A DNA stretch of 64,000 bases, taken from sequence record LC727701.1. One strand, given 5' to 3'. The notes beneath the pieces were generated by a model. That model saw only the letters and a program-made list of their open reading frames with translations. It ran no database searches and was not told the DNA's origin. Numbering within the stretch: position 1 is the first letter of the stretch; each line of letters starts with the position of its first letter. Shown here one piece after another: positions 19,497-28,160 of the stretch. The position numbers and the translations under genes are program-made.

Positions 19497-19792
19497 TGCT
19501 TATACCAATTAAACTTCGTAAGACATTTAAAAGACTGGGCAAAAGACATTCTAAAAGAGTGTTGGCTGCTCAGTCATCTTTTCTGCCGTTCGGTGAATTA
19601 ACGTTGAGGAAGCAAAGAATGCCTAAGAAAAATAAAGAATATATTCTTGATGTTATTGATACTAATACTAAAGAACTACAGGCACAGATTAATACGTTAA
19701 GTGAACTTGTATGTGAGCAACAGAAACAAATTAGTTTACTAAACAGAACACTAGTTGAGTTACAAGATAATTTGAAAAAAGATAGGGATTAA
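19472..19792 (+). CDS. Hypothetical protein with C-terminal coiled coil (start uncertain)
   Basis: LQAQINTLSELVCEQQKQISLL heptads. Confidence 0.55.
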   Translation: MGIKRYYLMLIPIKLRKTFKRLGKRHSKRVLAAQSSFLPFGELTLRKQRMPKKNKEYILDVIDTNTKELQAQINTLSELVCEQQKQISLLNRTLVELQDNLKKDRD

Positions 19793-19794
19793 AA

Positions 19795-20124
19795 ATGAAT
19801 GTAGATTATGTGTACCTACTTTTGACCTTATTCTGGATAGTTGTTTTATTTTCATTTAGCTATGTATCTCAACGTTATAAACGAATTAAAGAAAAACGAA
19901 GAGCTGATTTTCTAGTTAAAAGAAAATTAGTATATAATTATTTCAAAGTAACAGATCCTTCTGAATTAACTAATGATTCTATAGAAAGTATCATACTTAA
20001 ATTAATTGGTGATAATTATAGAAAATTAACAGATATACAGAAAGTAGTAATTAGGGCAGCAGCAGCTCGTGGTTATATGAATAACCCTAATAAACCAATT
20101 GGCAAACATTTGAAATATATGTGA
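19795..20124 (+). CDS. Membrane-anchored hypothetical protein
   Basis: N-terminal TM segment VYLLLTLFWIVVLFSFSYV followed by basic residues. Confidence 0.7.
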   Translation: MNVDYVYLLLTLFWIVVLFSFSYVSQRYKRIKEKRRADFLVKRKLVYNYFKVTDPSELTNDSIESIILKLIGDNYRKLTDIQKVVIRAAAARGYMNNPNKPIGKHLKYM

Positions 20125-20134
20125 GTTATAAAAA

Positions 20135-20650
20135 ATGTCAGAAAACTGCCCGTTATATATAGCTGCTATTAAAAAAGATCTTTTAAAAACAACAGGTTTG
20201 TATAAACCTTATAATGATTCACCAATAGCTGTGGTTAGTAATGAAACCAGTAAGTGGCATGTAATGCTAAATATATTACGACATGGTTGGGAATGGATTG
20301 AAATACCTGAAGGTGAGATTAAACAACCGGAAAGTTACCATGACTATGTTATTCTAGCATTAACCACTGTATTAACTGATACTTTAGATTATAAAAATGA
20401 TCCAAACTCTGATAAATATATCAAGCAAATAATCTGTACTGATATAGCACTAAAAGTTGAATATGATAAATTAATCAATGTGCTAGAGACAAGTAACGAG
20501 TTAGATTTAGCTGATGAATACACCTTTACTAAACAAGGTAATCTCAGAGGATATTTCCATTATGATGAGTATTATGGTTTAGATGTACTGGCATGTGCAT
20601 CTTATGTGATCTGTTCACATATCGAACTAACACCTAGAAATGTTAAATAA
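20135..20650 (+). CDS. Hypothetical protein (171 aa)
   Basis: ORF in operon context. Confidence 0.75.
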   Translation: MSENCPLYIAAIKKDLLKTTGLYKPYNDSPIAVVSNETSKWHVMLNILRHGWEWIEIPEGEIKQPESYHDYVILALTTVLTDTLDYKNDPNSDKYIKQIICTDIALKVEYDKLINVLETSNELDLADEYTFTKQGNLRGYFHYDEYYGLDVLACASYVICSHIELTPRNVK

Positions 20651-20662
20651 TAGGAACTACTG

Positions 20663-21262
20663 ATGAAAAAACGTACCGCTTATATCGATCGTGCTAAATT
20701 CCGAGATTTTCTAGCCGAGAAAAAAATTAGCGTAAGTAGCCGACAGTGGATTGAAAAGAGCCACCCAGATCATAAAGAATATTACAAGGCAATCCTAGAT
20801 TACGTCGTATCTAATGTAAAATTCAAAGAAGAACGTTATATTGAAAAGGCAAATGAGGTTATTATTAATGGGTGTATTCGATATCATCTACCCATTCACG
20901 CTCAACGTGCACTAACTGTAGTTGAAGAAGAATTCATTAATAATGCTAGTCTTCAATTTACTTATCTGAATGATAATGATACTAATATCGCCAATATTAA
21001 CTTTGAAGAAGTTCTTGATGCACAAGTAACTGAGAATGAAACTGAACTAAGACAAAGTTGGGAATATGTCAATTGTGATATCAACCCATCAGAATACTTT
21101 ATTGATGTTGTTGATGTACCAGAAGAACTAATTCTTCGTCTATCTGTATTCCGTTTTGTACACAGTATCAAGAAACTGGAAGTAAAGGATAAGTTAGATC
21201 TTGCCGATGTTGTAGGTAAAGATCTAGTTATTGAAGATGGTAACGTTAAGGTTGTAGAATGA
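20663..21262 (+). CDS. Hypothetical protein (199 aa)
   Basis: AGGA RBS. Confidence 0.8.
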   Translation: MKKRTAYIDRAKFRDFLAEKKISVSSRQWIEKSHPDHKEYYKAILDYVVSNVKFKEERYIEKANEVIINGCIRYHLPIHAQRALTVVEEEFINNASLQFTYLNDNDTNIANINFEEVLDAQVTENETELRQSWEYVNCDINPSEYFIDVVDVPEELILRLSVFRFVHSIKKLEVKDKLDLADVVGKDLVIEDGNVKVVE

Positions 21263-21315
21263 TTTAAGGCTATTTTAGTAGCTTTATATTCTGATCTTAG
21301 CAACCTAGGTACAAC

Positions 21316-21684
21316 GTGATGCAATGTTTAACACACGTAATGAAGTTAGTGGCCGTATTAAGTACGTTGTTATACTTATCAAACCCACTAGCTGCATCGT
21401 TGGTAGTTGACGAGAATTACTGTAATGGTGTTGCACTTATAGCACATGCCACAGCAGAAGCACGTCAGCGTAAAACACCCATTTTACAATGGGAAGAAAA
21501 CCTACGATCCCTAAAAGGGTACGGCGTGAAGAACAAAGATAACGTTCTTTACAATGTTCTCCCAGCAGCAATTAAAGAGGTGCACGTTGTGTATTCACGT
21601 AGACAAAGCCCACGTGATGCATACGTTACATCATTTAAAACCTGTATGGATAACAACTACGGTAAAGCTGTGGTTGTAAAATAA
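21316..21684 (+). CDS. Exported two-cysteine protein (family member 1)
   Basis: Signal peptide KLVAVLSTLLYLSNPLAA; mature part has ENYC near N-terminus and KTC near C-terminus. Confidence 0.7.
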   Translation: MMQCLTHVMKLVAVLSTLLYLSNPLAASLVVDENYCNGVALIAHATAEARQRKTPILQWEENLRSLKGYGVKNKDNVLYNVLPAAIKEVHVVYSRRQSPRDAYVTSFKTCMDNNYGKAVVVK

Positions 21685-21687
21685 ATA

Positions 21688-21705
21688 CCAGCCCTTCGGG
21701 GCTGG
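21688..21705 (+). terminator. Intrinsic terminator
   Basis: CCAGCCC-TTCG-GGGCTGG plus T-rich tail. Confidence 0.85.
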
Positions 21706-21719
21706 TTTATTTCATCTAG

Positions 21720-22037
21720 ATGAGAATCTGTGGGTTGCAAATGTATAAAGTATTTGTTATATCAATGATAACACTAACAGCTATATCAACATGTGTAACT
21801 TTCATTATTAATATAAAAAATCATTATATTCACTGGATGGGTGTTTATAAGGTTAGATATGTATTAGATAAAATGCCCAATGGCATAAGTTATTTTTTCT
21901 ATCAAAATGCTGTCCAAGACATTATAGATAAAGAATCATCTAAAATAACAAATCAACATATTTTTACATCTTTTATTTACGATATCAACTCATTGATTAT
22001 ATTAAAATGTAATAATAGGGAAACAGCAAATGAATGA
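21720..22037 (+). CDS. Membrane-anchored hypothetical protein
   Basis: TM segment VFVISMITLTAISTCVTFII. Confidence 0.65.
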   Translation: MRICGLQMYKVFVISMITLTAISTCVTFIINIKNHYIHWMGVYKVRYVLDKMPNGISYFFYQNAVQDIIDKESSKITNQHIFTSFIYDINSLIILKCNNRETANE

Positions 22038-22320
22038 TATCATGACAGTAATTATAGGTATTTTGTTTCTGATTATAATGATGGCTTTAATTAACTGGGG
22101 TTATTATGCCATCAAACACACGATAAAGTGTAACAGGCTTTATAAAGAAGCACTATCAATTATTGACAATATGAGTGATGGTTTATCTGAATACCAGTAT
22201 ACAGTAGCTATTGGACGTTTACGTAAAAAGGCATACTCTATCGACCATTTAACTGCTGTTAAAATGTTTGAAGCATTAGACTTAGTTATTAAAGATAAGT
22301 CAAGAAAGAAAAATAAATAA
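22030..22320 (+). CDS. Membrane-anchored hypothetical protein
   Basis: TM segment VIIGILFLIIMMALINWGYY. Confidence 0.7.
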   Translation: MNDIMTVIIGILFLIIMMALINWGYYAIKHTIKCNRLYKEALSIIDNMSDGLSEYQYTVAIGRLRKKAYSIDHLTAVKMFEALDLVIKDKSRKKNK

Positions 22321-22328
22321 GCATAAAT

Positions 22329-22387
22329 AGGAGAGCTATTTAGCTCTCCTTTATTGCATTAAATTTTTTTTGAAATCTATATTACAT
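22329..22387 (+). promoter_or_regulatory. Terminator followed by class A early promoter
   Basis: Hairpin 22329-22350; 22357-22386 identical to 38036-38065; TATATTAC at 22378-22385. Confidence 0.8.
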
Positions 22388-22421
22388 ATTTGGTCAAGTC
22401 ATATCAAAATAGGTAGTTATA

Positions 22422-22595
22422 ATGCTAGCATTACATTCACTACTATTATTAGTTATAGTGATTTGTTATATAATTCATAAGTGGTTGTGGTATACTTTCA
22501 ATATGTTTAAACTAAAAGACATTATTAAAAATAAAGACAATTTAACTAATGATGAACTATTAAAATTACTCATTGATAAAATAAAGGCAACCTAA
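22422..22595 (+). CDS. Small membrane protein (57 aa, not in ORF track)
   Basis: AGGT RBS; MLALHSLLLLVIVICYIIHKWLW...; TAATG overlap with the next gene. Confidence 0.65.
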   Translation: MLALHSLLLLVIVICYIIHKWLWYTFNMFKLKDIIKNKDNLTNDELLKLLIDKIKAT

Positions 22596-23062
22596 TGTAT
22601 CCATTCTTTACAGGTAATGAGAAAGTTACTGTAGATGTTCTTGATGATAAACATAATCTACATAGAAGTTGGACTGATTATAAACATCCCATCACGACGC
22701 GTGTGGATGGTAAACTAACCAATGTGTGGTATAAAGTTGAACCACCGATGAGTGCTAAGGATATTGAAAATAACTTTACAATTGACAAAGATAAAGTTAA
22801 ATTATCTAATCGTTTGCACCAGGCTTTAGATGCATCGTTGATTAAAAATGAATTAGAAGAGTTTAACAAATTAATTGATCTATGCGTAAAACATGTTAAT
22901 TCAGTTAGTATTCATCTAGGTCTTACTATTTGGAAATTAGCAGATACTGTAAAATATGAAAAAGCAGATTTAAAGAAATTATTTAATGTGCATTATACCA
23001 AATCTACTGAACTTGTAAAAGAAAAGAATATAGTGCCCTCAGTAGAAGATATCTTCCTATAA
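22595..23062 (+). CDS. Hypothetical protein (155 aa)
   Basis: Translationally coupled ORF. Confidence 0.75.
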   Translation: MYPFFTGNEKVTVDVLDDKHNLHRSWTDYKHPITTRVDGKLTNVWYKVEPPMSAKDIENNFTIDKDKVKLSNRLHQALDASLIKNELEEFNKLIDLCVKHVNSVSIHLGLTIWKLADTVKYEKADLKKLFNVHYTKSTELVKEKNIVPSVEDIFL

Positions 23063-23084
23063 TTTATTTAAAGGTAATACAAAT

Positions 23085-23993
23085 ATGCTTAAGGTAAAAT
23101 CATTACTCACTGGCCATATTCTTCGAGCTACCTATGATTGGTTTCTTGAGAATAACTTCAGAGATATTCTAATTGTAGCACATACTCAATTAGTACCTGA
23201 TTTATCTGAGGTAGCTCTAAAGCATGCGAAAGAAGATCACACTATCACTTTCAATATCCATCCACGCTGTGCAAAGAATTTTTATATCAGTGACGAATAT
23301 ATCTCTTTCAATGTAACAGTAAATGGAGTTGGGGTCAGTATTAAACTTCCTCTTTATGCAGTATTGGGTGTAGTTACACCTATTGATGATAATTCTAACG
23401 CATTCTTTGAAATGCCGCTAGTAGATAGATATCTCAATGCAGATACTATTCGTGCAACATTAGAAGGAACTGTTAATAATGCAGTTGACAAAAACCCAGT
23501 ATTAACTACCGTAGGTAATGTCACTGAGGTTAATTTTAAAAATAAAGCCGATACCGCTAATGGTAAGTTAGTTGTAAGGAATACATCTGAGAATGAGCAT
23601 GATCAGATGATTGAAAGCGCCATTAACAAAGTAACTGAATTTAGTAATCCAGAATTAGATGCACATATTAGAGTAGCGGTAACTGCAATTAAACAGAATG
23701 CACCAGAATTGATTATGGATTGGTGTGAGCGGGTTATTAATTGTACACGTAATGAAAACTATCAGGATAACATCAATGTACTTATGATGGAACTTCTCAG
23801 TTACCCTATTTCAAATGTGGTCAGTGAATCAACTGTTGACTCGGGCGACGATACATCTAATTCATTTGACAATGATGTAAATAAGATGGTTGAGGATTTC
23901 AATAATTCTTCCAATTCGCAGGTTATTATTAATAAACCTTCTCGTCCTACCGGTCCACCAAAACTCACTGTTATTAAAGGTGGTAAGAAATGA
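23085..23993 (+). CDS. sspB: SspB-like ClpXP adaptor with extended middle region
   Basis: LRATYDWFLEN, ITFNIHPR, ISFNVTVNG...LPLYAVLG match the SspB fold; C-terminal RP...PKLTVIK resembles the ClpX-binding tail. Confidence 0.8.
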   Translation: MLKVKSLLTGHILRATYDWFLENNFRDILIVAHTQLVPDLSEVALKHAKEDHTITFNIHPRCAKNFYISDEYISFNVTVNGVGVSIKLPLYAVLGVVTPIDDNSNAFFEMPLVDRYLNADTIRATLEGTVNNAVDKNPVLTTVGNVTEVNFKNKADTANGKLVVRNTSENEHDQMIESAINKVTEFSNPELDAHIRVAVTAIKQNAPELIMDWCERVINCTRNENYQDNINVLMMELLSYPISNVVSESTVDSGDDTSNSFDNDVNKMVEDFNNSSNSQVIINKPSRPTGPPKLTVIKGGKK

Positions 23994-24247
23994 ATGCAAC
24001 TTTAGCAATTCTTTTTAGTAGTATCAGTATCGCTGGTTATCAAGCCAATGGTGCATCGCAGTCAACCGCTGAGTTCTCTGACATGGCTACTTGTTTTAGC
24101 GCGATTGAGCGCATTCAAAAACTAGCTAAAGCAAGTGCTATTCGTAATAATGTAGAGACTGTAAAAATCAGTGATGGTGTTCTATTACGTTATTTTTCTT
24201 CTAGTACTAGTAAAGTAGAACATACTCTAATCTGTGTAAATAAATAG
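23990..24247 (+). CDS. Small exported two-cysteine protein (different pattern)
   Basis: Hydrophobic N-terminus; EFSDMATC...LICVNK. Confidence 0.65.
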   Translation: MNATLAILFSSISIAGYQANGASQSTAEFSDMATCFSAIERIQKLAKASAIRNNVETVKISDGVLLRYFSSSTSKVEHTLICVNK

Positions 24248-24255
24248 GTACGGAT

Positions 24256-24963
24256 ATGTCTGAGAAAATGTATTTATCTTTTTCTGGAATTGGACACAAT
24301 GACGTAATCAAACAAGATCTTAATGGATTCGTTCCAATGGATGTATCAACTATTGATAATGAAGTAGCTAATCGATTATTTTACACTCCATTCAATAGTT
24401 CTGAACCAGGTACCTCATTACCTAATGTTGCTAATGTGGTATTCAAGGTATTACCTATCCATATCGAGGATAACACTATCTGTGTTTTAGATAGTTGTTC
24501 TAGTACCGAATACTCATTGAATGACTTAGTTGATACTAGTGTCTCATCATTAGAAACATATGGTCCATTATTAGATTTACGTAGTAGTGATCCAATTGAG
24601 ACATATGCTAATCAGGCAGTGTATACTTGGTTAAATAAGAATATCTGTAATATCGAATTTGAAGTACATGGCGGGTTGCATTTGCAACTAACTGTTGACC
24701 AAGTGCGTTCCAATGTTAATGCATTTGTAGCAGGTATTGATCTTGACATCGACGATAAATTGATGGTATATGTGGTGATTAAAATCAATGATCGTTTATA
24801 CGATGCTTGGTCTAGTCAACATGTGGTGGAACCATTAACAATGTATCATGTGCAAGGTGGTCATGAGCCTATTGTCTATAGTGAGACCCATATTGAAAAT
24901 AGCCTATTGCGATATGCTAAAGAGAAAGGTTGGGCTGAAATTTTGACTCGTATTGGTCTGTAA
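24256..24963 (+). CDS. Hypothetical protein (235 aa)
   Basis: AGGT RBS. Confidence 0.75.
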   Translation: MSEKMYLSFSGIGHNDVIKQDLNGFVPMDVSTIDNEVANRLFYTPFNSSEPGTSLPNVANVVFKVLPIHIEDNTICVLDSCSSTEYSLNDLVDTSVSSLETYGPLLDLRSSDPIETYANQAVYTWLNKNICNIEFEVHGGLHLQLTVDQVRSNVNAFVAGIDLDIDDKLMVYVVIKINDRLYDAWSSQHVVEPLTMYHVQGGHEPIVYSETHIENSLLRYAKEKGWAEILTRIGL

Positions 24964-25027
24964 TAAAAATACTTCTTATAGACTAATAATATAGGTAAGA
25001 TACTAGCCGATTGGTTAGTTGCGCTTA

Positions 25028-25047
25028 GGGAGTCCTTCGGGACTCCC
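25028..25047 (+). terminator. Terminator-like hairpin
   Basis: GGGAGTCC-TTCG-GGACTCCC; no U tract. Confidence 0.65.
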
Positions 25048-25068
25048 GTATATCGTCTAGGAGGTTTT

Positions 25069-25362
25069 ATGTATACAGTTACACTTGAACAAGTAGGACA
25101 CCGTATACCGTCTAGTTTAAGTGCTTTTGTAATTAGACCGTTTGAAAATACCATTACGCATAATGATACGTCTTATTACTTGATCATGGGTAAAGATGAT
25201 TTCGATAACATGCACATGGAATGGCGAGATGTAGCTGTAGTTGATAGTCAAGCCGTTATAGTTGCTACATACACTCCATCGAAAAACTCATTTAATCTTG
25301 TAAAAAATGAATTAGGTATACCGGTTGAAATCAAATACAAACGAATAGAGGTTGATCTGTGA
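25069..25362 (+). CDS. Hypothetical protein (97 aa)
   Basis: GGAGG RBS. Confidence 0.8.
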   Translation: MYTVTLEQVGHRIPSSLSAFVIRPFENTITHNDTSYYLIMGKDDFDNMHMEWRDVAVVDSQAVIVATYTPSKNSFNLVKNELGIPVEIKYKRIEVDL

Positions 25363-25389
25363 TTACTAGTAAGGTTAAAGGAATGAAGT

Positions 25390-25590
25390 ATGGATCGTCT
25401 TGATGAAAGAATCGCATTCAGTGTAAGATCGTACAAAATTTTCAATGCTCTCGCCAATGGCCGAGTTCGAGCATTGATTATTAACTTTAAAGATGGTAAG
25501 GGCACGATCATGTCTATTAGCGATGATCGCCGCCATGATAAACATCTCTGGTTCAACTGTGGACTAGTAGACAATCCAAGGATCAAGTAA
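25390..25590 (+). CDS. Hypothetical protein (66 aa)
   Basis: AGGA RBS; TAATG coupling to thyA. Confidence 0.7.
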   Translation: MDRLDERIAFSVRSYKIFNALANGRVRALIINFKDGKGTIMSISDDRRHDKHLWFNCGLVDNPRIK

Positions 25591-26660
25591 TGGAACAATA
25601 TCTTAATTCAATTCGTTTAGTTAAAGAACTCGGTGTACATAAAGGTGATCGTACTGGTACTGGTACTCAGAGCATGTTTGGTCAACAAGAACGTTATAGT
25701 TTACGTAACAACGTTCTACCCGTAGTAACTACTAAGAAAATTCATCTTCCATCTGTTATCCATGAATTATTCTGGATGCTTTCTGGTGATACTCGTGTAG
25801 ATTATTTAATTGAAAATGGTGTACGCATTTGGAATGAATGGGTTAAACCAAATACTGCGGTATATCGTGAGTTAAATCAAGAAGAGCTTGACTCAGCTAT
25901 TCTAAAGAAAGTTGGTGGTCCATTTGCCCTTTATTTTCATTGTCTAGATGATGAAGTAATCATTCAGACTAGAGATGAGTTTGAAGCTTCTTTAAGTGGT
26001 GCTGAGATATTTAGCTTTTGGAATCAATATCCAACCATTAATATCGAAGCTACCCATGTAGTTGGTGTTAACGCCGACCGCTGGAAGTTAGTATCTACTC
26101 TAGATTTCGATGAAAGTGTGACACCAGAACTAATTAAATATGAATATGGTAAACGACTATATAAATTGCTATTTGGTGTTAAGCCTCTAAAACTCATCGG
26201 GGGTGATCTAGGTGCCGTTTACGGTAAGACATGGCGTGATCTCGAAGATACCCGTGTGATCCCAAAACACGAGTGGGCTGTTTACGAGGCACGTGGCTTT
26301 GACTTCGTAGTTGATATTCCAGGTACTTACATGGAGAATGATCGGTGTGTTGTAACACGTCGTATTGATCAAATTCAAGACGTGATTGATCAACTTAAGA
26401 CAAACCCTGATTCCCGTCGAATCATCGTTTGTGCGTGGTCACCGCAACTCGTTGATGAACAGGCGCTCCCACCATGTCATAGCTTCTTTCAGTTCTGGAC
26501 TCGTGAACTGACGCTAGAAGAACGGTATGACTGGGTCAAACTTAACGACACTGAAGCTCAACGTATTTTCCTTGAAGGTGCGCAACCGGAAACTGATCAC
26601 GCACTGTGGGATAAACTTGGTGTTCCTAAACGTGCATTGAGCTGCCAGCTCTACCAGCGT
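25590..26660 (+). CDS. thyA: Thymidylate synthase, exon 1 (357 codons)
   Basis: GDRTGTGT, LPVVTTKK, IWNEW, GDLGAVYG, DSRRIIV, catalytic ALPPCH, ends LYQR. Confidence 0.95.
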
Positions 26661-27750
26661 TAAATACTAGCGCCTTCTAGGAGCAATCCTAGTCGAATAA
26701 CCTATCTAAACGGGGAAACTCTCTATGAGACAATCCCGTGCTAAATTGACTACGGTCATAAATGCCTAACGACTATCGAAACCACTCTGAGAAGAGGAAG
26801 GGAGTAGAGTAGGACCAAGTGGTCCGAAAAGGTAGGGGTCTCTTTTTAAGAGATCGTGATATAGTCTGTCCTGCATGGAGACATGCAGCGGTTTACTTAA
26901 TGACTCCGCCAGATAAGGAGGGTGTTATTAATGACGTAGCTTATGTGTATTGCCTATTCACCAAAGAAGGAAAGGTATATGTCGGAAGTGCGCGAGATTT
27001 AGTTAAGCGCGTTCAACGACATTTCAGAGACCTTAGTAATTCCAAGCACCATAACTACCCATTACAACAAGAATACGATAACGGTGAAAGATTCTCGTTA
27101 AAGTACTATCGTTGTGAAAGTCGGGAATCAGCATTTACACTCGAACAGATGTGGATAACCAAGCATGAAGAAGAAGGTAACCTTCTTAATATTGGTAGAC
27201 ACTCCAAGGGTGGTGATAACTTAACCAGGCATAACCTCAAAGAACAAATCATCGAGAAGCGGAGTGATACAATACGTATCAGACTTGATGAGATTGGAGC
27301 CGAGGCTCGTCAGGAAAAGTATGGTCGACCAGGTGAGCAGAATGGGATGTATGGTCGTACTCACACAGAAGAAGTTAAGGTAGCTCTATCCGAGTTACAC
27401 ACGGGTAACACTTACCGTCTTGGCATTAAAGCTAGTGATGAGACAAGAGCCAGGATGTCGGAGATAGCTTCTCAGAGAACAGGCGAACGTAATCCATTCT
27501 ACGGTAAAACACATTCCGAAGAAACCAGAAAAAAGTTGGCGGATAACAAACGCGGTATAAAGCCAACTAACTCAAACAAACTTGAAGTGGACGGTGTTGT
27601 TTATTTATCCCAGGCCGATGCAGCTAAGGCTCTCGGAGTATCACAGGGTACAATAACATACCGAATTAACAGCAAGAATCCAAAGTATTCTGGTTATAAA
27701 GTCATTTAAGTAAACGGCTCAGGATTAACGACCCTGGGTGAACATAAGAG
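26661..27750 (+). mobile_element. Group I self-splicing intron (1090 nt, IA2-like)
   Basis: 5' exon ends in U and intron ends in G; core motifs AAACGGGGAAACTCT, AATCCCGTGCTAAA, ATGCCTAACGACT, GATATAGTCTG; GNRA hairpins; splicing restores YQR|SVD. Confidence 0.93.
26900..27709 (+). CDS. Intron-encoded GIY-YIG homing endonuclease (NUMOD3 repeats, C-terminal HTH)
   Basis: AYVY...VYVG...R...H...EQ; NGMYGRTHTEE and NPFYGKTHSEETRKK repeats; SQADAAKALGVS; exact start uncertain. Confidence 0.9.
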   Translation: MTPPDKEGVINDVAYVYCLFTKEGKVYVGSARDLVKRVQRHFRDLSNSKHHNYPLQQEYDNGERFSLKYYRCESRESAFTLEQMWITKHEEEGNLLNIGRHSKGGDNLTRHNLKEQIIEKRSDTIRIRLDEIGAEARQEKYGRPGEQNGMYGRTHTEEVKVALSELHTGNTYRLGIKASDETRARMSEIASQRTGERNPFYGKTHSEETRKKLADNKRGIKPTNSNKLEVDGVVYLSQADAAKALGVSQGTITYRINSKNPKYSGYKVI

Positions 27751-28053
27751 AGCGTCGATACTTTCTTAGGAAAACCCTTTAATATCACGTTCTACAGTCT
27801 GCTGACCCATATGTTAGCTAACCAAATGAATATGGTAGCTGAAGAGTTTATCTGGACTGGTGGTGATGTACATATTTACTCTAACCACCAAGAACAAACC
27901 GATCTTCAATTAACTCGTGAACCGAAGGTTCTACCTACCATTCGTTTTAAAGAAGAAGCTATTGGTAAAGATATTCGGGAAATTGGTGTAGATGATTTTG
28001 TTATCGAGAACTACGAATATCATCCACACATTGCTGGTAAAGTTGCTGTCTAA
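27751..28053 (+). CDS. thyA: Thymidylate synthase, exon 2 (100 aa)
   Basis: SVDTFLGKPFNITFYSLLTHM...GDVHIYSNH...HPHIAGKVAV*. Confidence 0.95.
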   Translation, partial: SVDTFLGKPFNITFYSLLTHMLANQMNMVAEEFIWTGGDVHIYSNHQEQTDLQLTREPKVLPTIRFKEEAIGKDIREIGVDDFVIENYEYHPHIAGKVAV

Positions 28054-28060
28054 CATAAAT

Positions 28061-28081
28061 GCCTCCCTTCGGGGAGGCTTT
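28061..28081 (+). terminator. Intrinsic terminator
   Basis: GCCTCCC-TTCG-GGGAGGC-TTT. Confidence 0.85.
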
Positions 28082-28160
28082 ATTTCCCTTGGAGAAATTC
28101 GATGTTCATGTATCTGGATATCGGTAAAGAAGAGAAATTTCGAATGATTAAGGTGACCAC

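Noticed and set aside
25590-26660. Intein in thymidylate synthase
   Set aside because: The insertions lack an N-terminal Cys/Ser block and a His-Asn C-terminal junction
26819-26899. Track start of the endonuclease at 26819
   Set aside because: This stretch is the intron catalytic core and P9 hairpin
27811-28053. Independent 80-aa gene
   Set aside because: It is the distal part of thyA exon 2, which starts at 27751
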